Positions 1-9,900 of a stretch of DNA of 12,619 nt are shown here, one piece after another; within the stretch, counting starts at the first letter, position 1; every line of letters begins with the position of its first letter. Source of the DNA: Octopus sinensis (lineage: Eukaryota); NCBI RefSeq assembly GCF_006345805.1, contig NW_021826583.1, forward strand, positions 1 through 12,619, given 5' to 3'. Below the pieces are notes generated by a model. That model ran no database searches and was not told the origin of the DNA. It was given only the letters and a program-made list of their open reading frames with translations. The position numbers were made by a program, and so were the translations under genes.

Positions 1-46
1 GAGGATATTATCGAAAATGTTCGCCTCAAAAATGGACATCTTGTTT

Positions 47-719
47 GATTTAGTTGATCTACGAGATTTTTGCTGACTTTTGTTTGGGTTGGATTCTTTT
101 TCCAATTTTATTGGAAAAGATCTCTAAAAATAAATCTGCCACGGAGTTGTCAAGTGCAATAAAGAGTATAATTTTAATGTGTGGAAAAGCAACAATTTTG
201 CACATGGACAATGGAAGGAAATTTGCACATGAAAAAATGTTCGAGTCATACTCAACGTGTGCTATAAAACACTTCAGGAAACGTCCTTTGACGCAGGTAC
301 AGGTCGAGCGCCTGAATTAGACATTGAAATTCGTGATTTTTTAACGTGGTTTTTAAAGAACTTGAATTTAAAATTGATTGACAGCATTGAGAAATTTCAA
401 GTTCTTGTAATTCTGTCCAGCATTCAACAACTTTAACGCTCTATTCAAATTAATTTTTGGAGCTTCTGTCGATGAAATCATAAATAATCATTAACAAAGA
501 GGAAATGAATTAATATTCTAGAAAATTGATTCGTGGTATGAAGAAAAACAAACTGAAGCGACTGAATATCATCGTGGTTTTGGTTATCAATAACAAAAGA
601 AACTTAAAATTTAGACAATGCTGAAAGAAAAATGTTAACAAAAAGAATGTGGAAAAATGATATTACTATTTTTTAATATAGACGATCAAGTTGTCATGAG
701 GGTGTATATTGATAATAAT
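47..719 (+). pseudogene. Degraded retroviral-type integrase (rve/DDE core; KRBA2/SCAND3/GIN-like or LTR-element integrase)
   Basis: Manual translation across frameshifts: DLVDLR (47-64), KNKSATEL, ILHMDNGRKF (Asp at 207-209), QVQVERLN*TLK (Glu at 306-308, in-frame TAG at 318-320), NSVQHSTT..LFKLIFG (~408-462) and FNIDDQVVMRVYIDNN (672-719). The order matches the integrase core consensus (LHxDNGxEF...QGQVERxNxTLK...YN...HSTT..PF.L.FG). Covers ORF 54..320. Confidence 0.85.
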
Positions 720-751
720 TATACATTCATATATTATGTTAAAGGAGTATC

Positions 752-795
752 TGTCAGGAATGATTGATCTAGAAAAAGATTGTCAGGAATGATTG
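752..795 (+). repeat. 15-bp direct repeat TGTCAGGAATGATTG x2
   Basis: Exact copies at 752-766 and 781-795 (period 29). Confidence 0.9.
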
Positions 796-987
796 CCAAC
801 CCTGTGAGAAGGATGAGTGTGCCCATCGAAGAGATTGGCTTTAGCTCAAAGAGGAGGAGAATCGAGTGAGAGGACGCATTAATTAGTTCAATTGATAAAT
901 AATTAGTTTTGACTTATTTATATGTGATAGTGCTTTCCAGCACCCTGCATGTCACAAGACAACCTGGACTGGTACAGGCCTGGTCTA

Positions 988-1323
988 GCTGGGAATCATA
1001 GAAATTTTAAAACATATTCAATAAGCACAAACTTGCATATTTAACGGATTTATTAGAACATCAAGAAATATCCGTTTATAGTTCATATAAAAAGCTCACA
1101 TTAAAGGATGTTGTGATATTTGTTAAAATGGCATGGGAAGATATATCGCAACATACTATTTCAAATTATTTCGAAATTCTAAATAATGATAACGTGAAAA
1201 ATCAATCAGCAGATGGGAAGGACAGATATTTTTAATCAGTTGGATATTGAAGAATTTTTTGCATATGAATATGCAGAAAATGATACAATAGAAGAGATGG
1301 AAAATTGCGGAAACATTGAATAA
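988..1323 (+). pseudogene. pogo/Tigger-family (DDE_1) transposase C-terminal fragment
   Basis: AG(I)..RNFKTY (~988-1019, frameshifted), then 1020-1235 NKHKLAYLTDLLEHQEISVYSSYKKLTLKDVVIFVKMAWEDISQHTISNYFEIL, then an acidic tail QLDIEEFFAYEYAENDTIEEM. Matches the Tigger pattern 'GII.NFK..Y....TL.D......AW..+...TI.NCF'. No TIRs identified. Confidence 0.72.
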
Positions 1324-1899
1324 ATCGTTCAGTATGTTCTATATTTTATGAGTTTTAATATAATTACAGGGGCAACAAAATTGGAGTCGTTATTTTGATT
1401 TTTTGATTATTTTTATAATTTAAATTTCTATTTTTATTTTGTGTTTGCAAGCACATCGATAGGAATGAGACTGGCTTGCCTACCCGAATCAGTGTGCAAA
1501 TAAAAGATGTATTGACCAGAAGTAGAACATTATTTAATTAATTTTTAACTTCTTGACATTAAGTAATGAAAGAACTGTTCGCTAATTTAAACTAGTCGCC
1601 GAGCGGATGGACAAGCAATTCCCACGCAATATCGAGAACGATATCCGTTGAAAAAACCAGCTTGTTTCACTACCGTCATGACTCCTTCCAGAGATGGCTG
1701 AATCAATTTCCCACTGATCTCGAAAGTCAGGGGATGAAGCAGCAGGTATCGGTCAACGAGGCATATTTTGCAGTTTTTCTAAATTTGGCAAATTTTGCAC
1801 GTATCTTGAACCTTTTCGGATATTAGTATATAGTCAAATCGATTTGATCATACAAGTGGTATTTTCGATCATTCGGATTTGCATTAATATCTTTGATAA

Positions 1900-2600
1900 A
1901 ATACCTAATACCATCAAATAAAACAGAACAGCAAAAGGTCCTGTGTACAACTTTAGACCAATAATTCTGTTTACAACAATAGACCAATAATTCTACTAAC
2001 TTCGTTAACCAAACACTATCCCTCATCGCATTACACTGAATAAAAATAAAGTTAACCAAAGAGTTTTCCGACCAAATAGTTTTTGGCTAGACAGGTCTAC
2101 TGCTGATGTAGTGTGAGTGCACAGACAGTATTGTACTCTTTGCCAAAATACATAAAATCTATCTCAATACTAAGCATTAATATGTCCCGAGCTTTTGATT
2201 TGATTCACCAGGAGAAGCTTATGGTATTTCTGAAAAGTTTTCTTCACCATGATAACAGTGAAAAAATAATCCTGCTTAATCAGAAAATTCATCTTTCTGT
2301 CCAAATTGGCAAATTTGCCTCCTACTTTTTTGGACTTCACGTGGAGTTTCACAAGAGGATTCACTGTCCGCGGTCCTCTTTGTTGTTTAACTTTAAGCAG
2401 CGTACAAGGAAAGTTCAGAGCTCTTGCTGGAAAAAATTAAGAAAAGATGATTTATGCGGGCGAGCTGGACTTTGTTTCTTAAAATATTCAAACACTACAC
2501 TACATTCGCAAGAAAATCCAATAGGCATTATCAATATTTTTTGCTATTTAGATAATTGACCTGACCGATTGGGACAGTGACAATAGATAAAATAAAAATC
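1900..2600 (+). pseudogene. Non-LTR retrotransposon reverse transcriptase (RTE-like), degraded
   Basis: Frameshifted translation gives KGPVYNFRPIIL, LSLIALH*IK, RSTADVV*VHR, ILSINMSRAFDLIHQEKL (ORF 2113..2559), GVSQEDSLSAVLFVV*L (PQGDSLSPxLF motif) and IYAGELDFVS (YADD box degraded to YAGE, 2453-2464). It may extend upstream to ~1590, but that match is weak. Confidence 0.9.
1954..1994 (+). repeat. Small tandem duplication TAGACCAATAATTCT x2 inside the RT 'RPIIL' motif
   Basis: Exact 15-mers at 1954-1968 and 1980-1994 (period 26); both encode RPIIL. Confidence 0.85.
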
Positions 2601-2762
2601 ATTCTTGGTTTTTAATTTTATTAAAAAATGTTGGGATTCAAAATTTTCCCCAATTTCTTAGAATGTCGTAATTTATTTAATTTTGTCCTATTTTTCATCC
2701 ATTGGTAATTTATTGTTAAAGCCGAAAAAACTGGTTAAAGTAATTATTGTTAGTAAATTTAT

Positions 2763-3187
2763 TTAAGCAATTAGTTTTTCAATTGAATCGACATCCTTTA
2801 GAAGCATTCTCTTTTTCTTATAAATTACATATTAATAAACTAATACATTATATCTTCTAACAAATTTTATTCCTACACAAATAATAGATAGTGCTATTAA
2901 TGAAACTCCGAGAGAAATTAATGAAATTTGAATTATATAACGATTTTTATCATACTAAAATATATTCTAAACAAATAAAATACAACCCAGGTGTGGAATC
3001 TGTTCTTGAAAGATGAATTTTTATTTTCAGATTTCACTTTTTTATTAGATATATTTAACAAATTTTTCATTATAGCAAATAAAAATGTAGCTTTCTCAAA
3101 CAATATATCCTTTAGAGATTCTTGGTATTTATCCACTTGTTTATCCTTTTTTAATTTAACTTCGGTCGTTTCTTTTAAATAGGTCAA
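2763..3187 (-). CDS. Candidate 3' exons of a host single-pass membrane protein, function unknown
   Basis: Exon (3187 or further upstream) to 2984; GT-AG intron 2983-2955 (29 nt, or 32 nt from an alternative donor at 2986); exon 2954-2847; GT-AG intron 2846-2817 (30 nt, contains an in-frame TAA); exon 2816-2763 ending TAA. The spliced product reads ...FKNRFHTWVYDKNRY-IIQISLISLGVSLIALSIICVGI-KFVRRYN-KKRMLLKDVDSIEKLIA*: a 23-aa hydrophobic segment followed by a basic stop-transfer cluster. AATAAA at 2714-2709. Confidence 0.55.
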
Positions 3188-4880
3188 TTAATGAGGAAAA
3201 TACAGTTGAAATTGACTTATTAATGTTGCCTGGTGTTTGATAAATATCTGGAGATGTTGTACGTACAAGAAAAAACAGATTTGATAAAATCTAGTGTTAG
3301 ATAAAGTTAAATACCAAAAAAATCATTACACTAAAATTATTCAAGACTGTTCTATATGTTATTTCTTTTTAGAATTCTAGGTTATATATTAAAAAATTTC
3401 ACATAATTATTAAAAAATTAAAATATAATAATTTTATTAATAATTCTCAATTACAATATAAATTTAAAATTTAATATAATTACAGTGAAAACAAAACAAA
3501 AATTCGATTTGCTATTTATCTTGGCTGATGATAGGGCGTATTATAAGATACATTGACATAGAGATTTCGGAAGATTAAGTCGAGAAAAGGAGATTCACTT
3601 TAGATAGGACTTATAAAAAAGATATTTCTGTCATAAAATAAACTAACAGATAGTTTTAGGTTTAGGGATATATTCCTTTTTGTAAGTCGTATTGAACATG
3701 TCGGGATATTCAATTTACGCTATCTTCCAATAATTAGCAAAATTATGTCACTTTCCAGATTGACCAAGTAATCTTGGAAAATGATTTACAGCTTTGAACA
3801 GCAGGGACAAGAGTGATTCAAACCAAAATCTCAAATACATAGTTTTTATCCACCGGCTGTTCAGGCCTTTTGTTAGCGAAAATCAATTGACGTGCATTAT
3901 TTCTGTTCTTACATCTATCAACTATTGGGAGAGATTGATCCCTGGGGTACTTGAAGACCGAGTTTTACCACATTTACACGTCCGCGACCGACGAGGGGGT
4001 AATTGTAGAATGCATATTCTTAGCCCAATCATCCCAAAAGTATCGGAATACTAAATGAGATTTAAAAAACTAAAAGGATAATATTCAACAAATAAATGAA
4101 TTATTCAATTTCACATTAAGAATCTTTCACACGATTTCATACCAAATTGCAAAATCAAAATCCTAAAACATAAAACAAGTGAATGAATGAATGAATTTTT
4201 TATTAAAACGGAAAAGCCGAAAAAAGAGAGAGAAAGTTAATGAGACATAAAATAAGTCAGTTACTCGTTTAAATGGAATATAATTATTAGTTGATTTTTT
4301 CCGGGCATATGTTTTCTAACAAGGATTTTCATAATTGTTCAATTTAAAATCAACCTATCGTTCAAAAAAATGGCGAAGATGATATTCGGATATGTCTTTC
4401 ATCAGAGAATCTAAAAATATAAAGATTAGCTGTTGCTAATTAAATAATTTTTGTAAATTGATTACGCAAAAAATTATTTTGATGTTCAAGGGTAAGCAAA
4501 ACAAAAATGTTTGAAAACCACTGTTCAAGGGCTTCCAAGACATAAGTCCACTTTGCAGGCCACTTCCAACATTAATGACTAGAACATTTAAAGACTTGTT
4601 TAATTTTCCTGCCTCCACTCTATACTGGACAATTCTGTCGGTCCCAAAAGATTTGACTGAAATGTATTTAATTAATTATAAATTGAATACGAAACATGCT
4701 TCTTTCAGTACAGAGCACGGTTGAATACGATTCGTTTAAAAAATCAATACTCAATATACCGATTCAAAAAGTTAACTAACAAAATGGAAAACTTTACTAA
4801 TGGCAGAACTTTAAACTGTTTAAAAATGAAGTTTTATATTGAAACAAAGCTTCCTATAAATTAGTCAAATTATTTACAAC

Positions 4881-4975
4881 CAGGGTTTTTAAAAATCATA
4901 ATTTTTATTAAGAAAATCAAAAAAATCTGACTTTTTGATTTAAACAGGATTTTTTAAAATTTAAATCAGATTTTT
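4881..4975. repeat. hAT 3' terminus: TIR-like CAGGGTT plus subterminal GATTT/AAATC motifs
   Basis: Sequence reads cagggtttttaaaaatcataattttt...aaaatcaaaaaaatctgactttttgatttaaacaggattttttaaaatttaaatcagattttt and lies ~50-150 bp beyond the transposase stop. Confidence 0.7.
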
Positions 4976-5025
4976 ATAAAATAAAAATTTTTTATTCAAA
5001 ATAAAACAAATAATAGAAATCGTAT

Positions 5026-5885
5026 TTATCTATTTAAATGTTTGTAATAAAGACAAATTTCGCGGGCTTTTCAATTCCAAGCCTATTTCGTACATTCGAA
5101 TGTAAGAATCCACAAGTCGAAAAAATTCATTCTATTCAACCTTTCCAAAATTTTTTCAAAAAGTGTAATTGTTTCAGTAGGTAACTGTCAAGAGTTCAAC
5201 TCCCACCAAACTATAGGTGATACATTAAGTTTAGAACGAACATTTATTGCTTTAATGATTCAGTTCTTGCTCTAAAATTAATCAGAGTTTGAAAAGCATA
5301 TTCATAATGTTCAGCCCAATACTCAAAGCGAAGTGAATCTCTTTATTTGAAAGAGATTTCCAACAACATGATGGGTCCATTAGATTCGCAAGTAAGTAGA
5401 AAGATGTTAATCAGCTCGAGTTTTCACTTTTTCTAAGATAGTCGCACATTCATAGTCCATATAAGTCTGTTCAAGTTCCTTCCAAATTTCTACAGCATGG
5501 CAAATCTTCATATAATCATTTTTTATTTTGTTTAAAGCGACAGCAATTGGCTTAATCACCTCAAATATTCTTCAAAACGACGTTATAGGCAAATATTTTG
5601 AACTCGAAAAAATATCTGTATCAATGTCAGATCTGTGTTCTTCACAAATTCTCAAAATTGTAGACCAATTATCCAAATAAGATTCAAAACAATCTGATTA
5701 AGTGTTCTAACAAAAATCAATCGGAAGAACAAGTTTTTTTCTTCCAGCGGATTTGTATCATGCAACTGTAAGATGGACATTTCGAAAGTATTTATTTAAT
5801 TTTACGATGGTTTCTTTAACGTCAGCTACTTCTACATTTTTTGCAAGGTTTAGACAATGTTCCATAATTTCACTGTTATCTTGCA
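5026..5885 (-). pseudogene. hAT transposase, 3' part (core plus hATC dimerisation domain)
   Basis: Minus-strand translation with stops and frameshifts: EHCLNLAKNVEVADVKETIVKLNKYFRNVHL, SYLDNWSTILRICEEHRSDID, IKPIAVALNKI, HAVEIWKEL, YLLANLMDP, VSPIVWW, IE*IFSTCGFLHSNVRNRLGIEKPAKFVF (the hATC 'ERIFS...HSK.RNRL..EKA.KLVF' motif). Confidence 0.92.
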
Positions 5886-5914
5886 CTAGCTCGGCAGCTC
5901 GCTTCGCTCACCGC
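5886..5914 (-). other. Helitron 3' terminal hairpin and CTAG end
   Basis: Minus strand GCGGT-GA-GCGAAGC-GA-GCTGC (5914-5894), then CGAG, CTAG (5889-5886) and the host T. Confidence 0.85.
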
Positions 5915-5997
5915 GACCTAGCTCCTGCGGAGGGCCTGTTTCATCAAACAACTATAAGTTTATGTAGATGTATAAAACTACCTGGTTAAATGTAACC

Positions 5998-6183
5998 CTA
6001 TTCTATCGCCTGTTAATAAACGATGTTTGTCGTCCGTCCTTCCTTGGCATATATGAATAAATTTTCTCTTCTGCCTACCCTCGAGCATCCCACATACAGC
6101 TGTCCATGTGAAAGCACTCACTCTCTAAAAATAACCCAACTACCTTTAATGACTGTCTCCTGGGCCTTGTTTATTGTCATTGC
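5998..6183 (-). pseudogene. Helitron Rep-Hel protein C-terminus (Pif1-like helicase motifs V-VI), truncated
   Basis: AMTINKAQ(G)QSLKVVGLFLESEC(F)SHGQLYVGCSRVGRRENLFIYAKEGRTTNIVY*QAIE* with two frameshifts. Matches the Helitron helicase end 'FAMTINKAQGQSL...CFSHGQLYVACSRV...TKNIVY'. Confidence 0.92.
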
Positions 6184-6187
6184 ACAC

Positions 6188-6278
6188 TTTTTTTTTATTT
6201 TTTGTGGTTTATTTTTTTATATTTAATTTTTCATTTTTCCTTTGTAATTTCCTTTTTTTTCTTTTTTTTTGTTTTTTA
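6188..6278 (+). repeat. T-rich low-complexity tract
   Basis: Successive T runs of up to ~9 nt; it accounts for the F-rich ORFs 6023..6226 and 6174..6356. Confidence 0.8.
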
Positions 6279-6280
6279 CT

Positions 6281-6328
6281 GGCGGAAATGGGGCAGGGGG
6301 AGATGCGGCAGGCGGAAATGCGGCAGGC
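6281..6328 (+). repeat. GC-rich 15-bp minisatellite x3 (GGCGGAAATGCGGCA)
   Basis: ggcggaaatggggca / gggggagatgcggca / ggcggaaatgcggca / ggc. Confidence 0.85.
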
Positions 6329-6543
6329 AAGAAAGCGACACACAAAAAAGATTTAATTAATTACCTTATTAAGCTGACCGTTTTTTTCTTCAGCTTCGTT
6401 TTCCTCCTTCGGTTATCTATTTAAAAAATTATTTTTGAATAATAAAAAAGTTTAGGAAAAGAGGCATACCGAAAATAATTCTATCTTTACGAAAAACTCA
6501 AGTAAATAGTTAATATTTTTACGCAAATTCTTCTGATTGCGCT

Positions 6544-6745
6544 GTCAATTGGTGGTAAATTGTGTAATGGTTGTGCTAATGTGGTTTCAACTATCAAAGT
6601 GTATTTCAAATCTGTTAATTGCACACTCTATTCAAGTCGTGCGTCAATTGGTGGTAAATTGTGTTAATGATTGTGCTAATGTGGTTTCAACTATCAAAGT
6701 AGTTTTTCAAAATCTGTTAATTGCACACTCTATTCAAAGTCGTGC
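6544..6745 (+). repeat. ~100-bp tandem dimer inside the Helitron
   Basis: Copies start at 6544 and 6643 (gtcaattggtggtaaattgtg...gtggtttcaactatcaaagt...tctgttaattgcacactctattcaa(a)gtcgtgc), with a partial diverged third piece at ~6752-6774. Confidence 0.92.
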
Positions 6746-6955
6746 AATCTGTGATTGCACATTCTGTCAAAGTCAAATATGATAATAGCTTTAATTTTGA
6801 TTCATGGTCGATAATGATATATGCATTTAATTTTAAAGAGAAAAACATAGGATGAATTGAATTTCTTTATCGCAAATAATTGGGAGTTCATCATTGTTAA
6901 TATTCTCGCTGTCGTTTTCATCAAGGATATTCTTAATACGTGAGATTTTTGCCTT

Positions 6956-9900
6956 GAAGGTTTTAATGGACCTCATCATGAATGTCGAGGACATTCGCGT
7001 TGTTCATTTTAATCAAAATGCAGAAAATAATTTTTTGATTTTTTGGGGGAAAGGTTTTAAGGACTTCATCATGTAAGTCGAGGACATTGTAGTTGTTCAT
7101 TTTAACCAAAATGCAGAAAATTTTTTTTTAATTTTTTTTGGGGGGGAAGGTTTTAAGGACTTCATCATGTAAGTTGAGGACATTGTAGTTGTTCATTTTA
7201 ACCAAAATGCAGAAAATTTTTTTTTAATTTTTTTTGGGGGGAAGGTTTTAAGGACTTCATCATGTAAGTCGAGGACATTGTAGTTGTTCATTTTAACCAA
7301 AATGCAGAAAATTTTTTTTTAATTTTTTTGGGAGGGAAGGTTTTAAGGACTTCATCATGTAAGCGAGGACACTGTAGTTGTTCATTTTAACCAAAATGCA
7401 GAAAATTTTTTTTTAATTTTTTGGGGGGGAAGTTTTAAGGACTTCATCATGTAAGTCGAGGACATTGTAGTTGTTCATTTAACCAAAATGCAGAAAATTT
7501 TTTTTTAATTTTTTTGGGGGGAAGGTTTTATGTTTTAAGGACTTCATCATGTAAGTCGAGGACATTGTGTTGTTTCATTTTAACCAAAATGCAGAAAATT
7601 TTTTTTTAATTTTTTGGGGGGGAAGGTTTTAAGGACTTCATCATGTAAGTCGAGGACATGTAGTTGTTCATTTTAACCAAAATGCAGCAGAAAATTTTTT
7701 TTTAATTTTTTTGGGGGGGAAGGTTTTAAGGACTTCATCATGTAAGTCGAGGACATTGTAGTTGTTCATTTTAACCAAAATGCAGAAAATTTTTTTTTAA
7801 TTTTTTTGGGGGGGAAGGTTTTAAGGACTTCATCATGTAAGTCGAGGACATTGTAGTTGTTCATTTTAACCAAAATGCAGAAATTTTTTTTTTAATTTTT
7901 TTTGGGGGGGAAGGTTTTAAGGACTTCATCATGTAAGTCGAGGACATTGTAGTTGTTCATTTTAACCAAAATGCAGAAAATTTTTTTAATTTTTTTTGGG
8001 GGGAAGGTTTTAAGGACTTCATCTGTAAGTCGAGGACATTGTAGTTGTTATTTTTAACAAAATGCAGAAAATTTTTTTTTAATTTTTTTGGGGGAAGGTT
8101 TTAAGGACTTCATCATGTAAGTCGAGGACATTGTAGTTGTTTATTTTAACCAAAATGCAGAAAATTTTTTTTAATTTGTTTGGGGGGAAGGTTTTAAGGA
8201 CTTCATCATGTAAGTCGAGGACATTGTGTTGTTTATTTTAACCCAAAAACAGAAAATTTTTTTTTAATTTTTTTTGGGGGGAAGGTTTTAAGGACTCATC
8301 ATGGGAGTCGAGGACATTGTAGTTGTTCATTTTAACCAAAATGCGAGAAAATTTTTTTTTTAATTGTTTGGGGGGGAAGGTTTTAAGGACTTCATCATGT
8401 AAGTCGAGGACATTGTGTTGTTCATTTTAACCAAAATGCAAGAGAAAATTTTTTTAATTTTTTTTGGGGGGAAGGTTTTAAGGACTTCATCATGTAAGTC
8501 GAGGACATTGTAGTTGTTCATTTAACCAAAATGCAGAAAATTTTTTTTTAATTTTTTTGGGGGGAAGGTTTTAAGGACTTCATCATGTAAGTCGAGGACA
8601 TTGTAGTTGTTTATTTTAACCAAAATGCAGAAAATTTTTTTTAATTTTTTTGGGGGGGAAGGTTTTAAGGACTTCATCATGTAAGTCGAGGACATTGTAG
8701 TTGTTTATTTTAACCAAAATGCAGAAAATTTTTTTTTAATTTTTTTTGGGGGGAAGGTTTTAAGGACTTCATCATGGGAGTCGAGGACATTGTAGTTGTT
8801 CATTTTAACCAAAATGCAGAAAATTTTTTTTTAATTTGTTTGGGGGGGAAGGTTTTAAGGACTTCATCATGTAAGTCGAGGACATTGTAGTTGTTCATTT
8901 TAACCAAAATGCAGAAAATTTTTTTTAATTTTTTTTGGGGGGAAGGTTTTAAGGACTTCATCATGTAAGTCGAGGACATTGTAGTTGTTCATTTTAACCA
9001 AAATGCAGAAAATTTTTTTTAATTTTTTTTGGGGGGAAGGTTTTAAGGACTTCATCATGTAAGTCGAGGACATTGTAGTTGTTCATTTAACCAAATGCAG
9101 AAAAATTTTTAATTTTTTTTGGGGGGAAGGTTTTTAAGGACTTCATCATGTAAGTCAGAGGACATTGTAGTTGTTATTTTAACCAAAATGCAGAAAATTT
9201 TTTTTAATTTTTTTGGGGGGAAGGTTTTAAGGACTTCATCATGTAAGTCGAGGACATTGTAGTTGTTTATTTAACAAAATGCAGAAAATTTTTTTTAATT
9301 TTTTTTGGGGGAAGGTTTTAAGGACTTCATCATGGGAGTCGAGGACATTGTAGGTTGTTCATTTTAACCAAAATGCAGAAAAATTTTTTTTAATTTGTTT
9401 GGGGGGGGGAAGGTTTTAAGGACTTCATCATGTAAGTCGAGGACATTGTAGTTGTTCATTTTAACCAAAATGCAGAAAATTTTTTTTAATTTTTTTGGGG
9501 GGGAAGGTTTTAAGGACTCATCATGGGAGTCGAGGACATTGTAGTTGTTCATTTTAACCAAAATGCAGAAAAATTTTTTTTTAATTTGTTTGGGGGGGAA
9601 GGTTTTAAGGACTTCCTCATGTAAGTCGAGGACATTGTAGTTGTCATTTTAACCAAAATGCAGAAAATTTTTTTTTTAATTTTTTTGGGGGGGAAGGTTT
9701 TAAGGACCTCATCATGGGAAGTCGAGGACATTGTAGTTGTTCATTTTACCAAAATGCAGAAAATTTTTTTTAATTTGTTGGGGGGGGAAGGTTTTAAGGA
9801 CTTCATCATGTAAGTCGAGGACATTGTATGTAGTTGTTCATTTTAACCAAAATGCAGAAAAATTTTTTTAATTTTTTTGGGGGGGAAGGTTTTAAGGACT

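Noticed and set aside
1690-1730. Minus-strand 'RDQWEID' resembling the Src-family kinase linker
   Set aside because: No GxGxxG or other kinase motif follows, and the frame has flanking stops.
2251-2263. 13-bp match GATAACAGTGAAA to the minus strand at 5880-5868
   Set aside because: The two copies lie within unrelated coding remnants (RT and hAT) and the match does not extend; chance in AT-rich DNA.
1823-6356. Listed ORFs 1823..2059, 2170..2364, 2991..3182, 5753..5989, 6023..6226 and 6174..6356 as genes
   Set aside because: They are antisense shadows of TE or candidate-gene coding remnants, or low-complexity T-rich frames.
9364-9731. ORFs 9364..9561 and 9549..9731 as repeat-protein genes
   Set aside because: They are chance open frames through satellite monomers whose length varies with homopolymer runs; neighbouring monomers break the frame.
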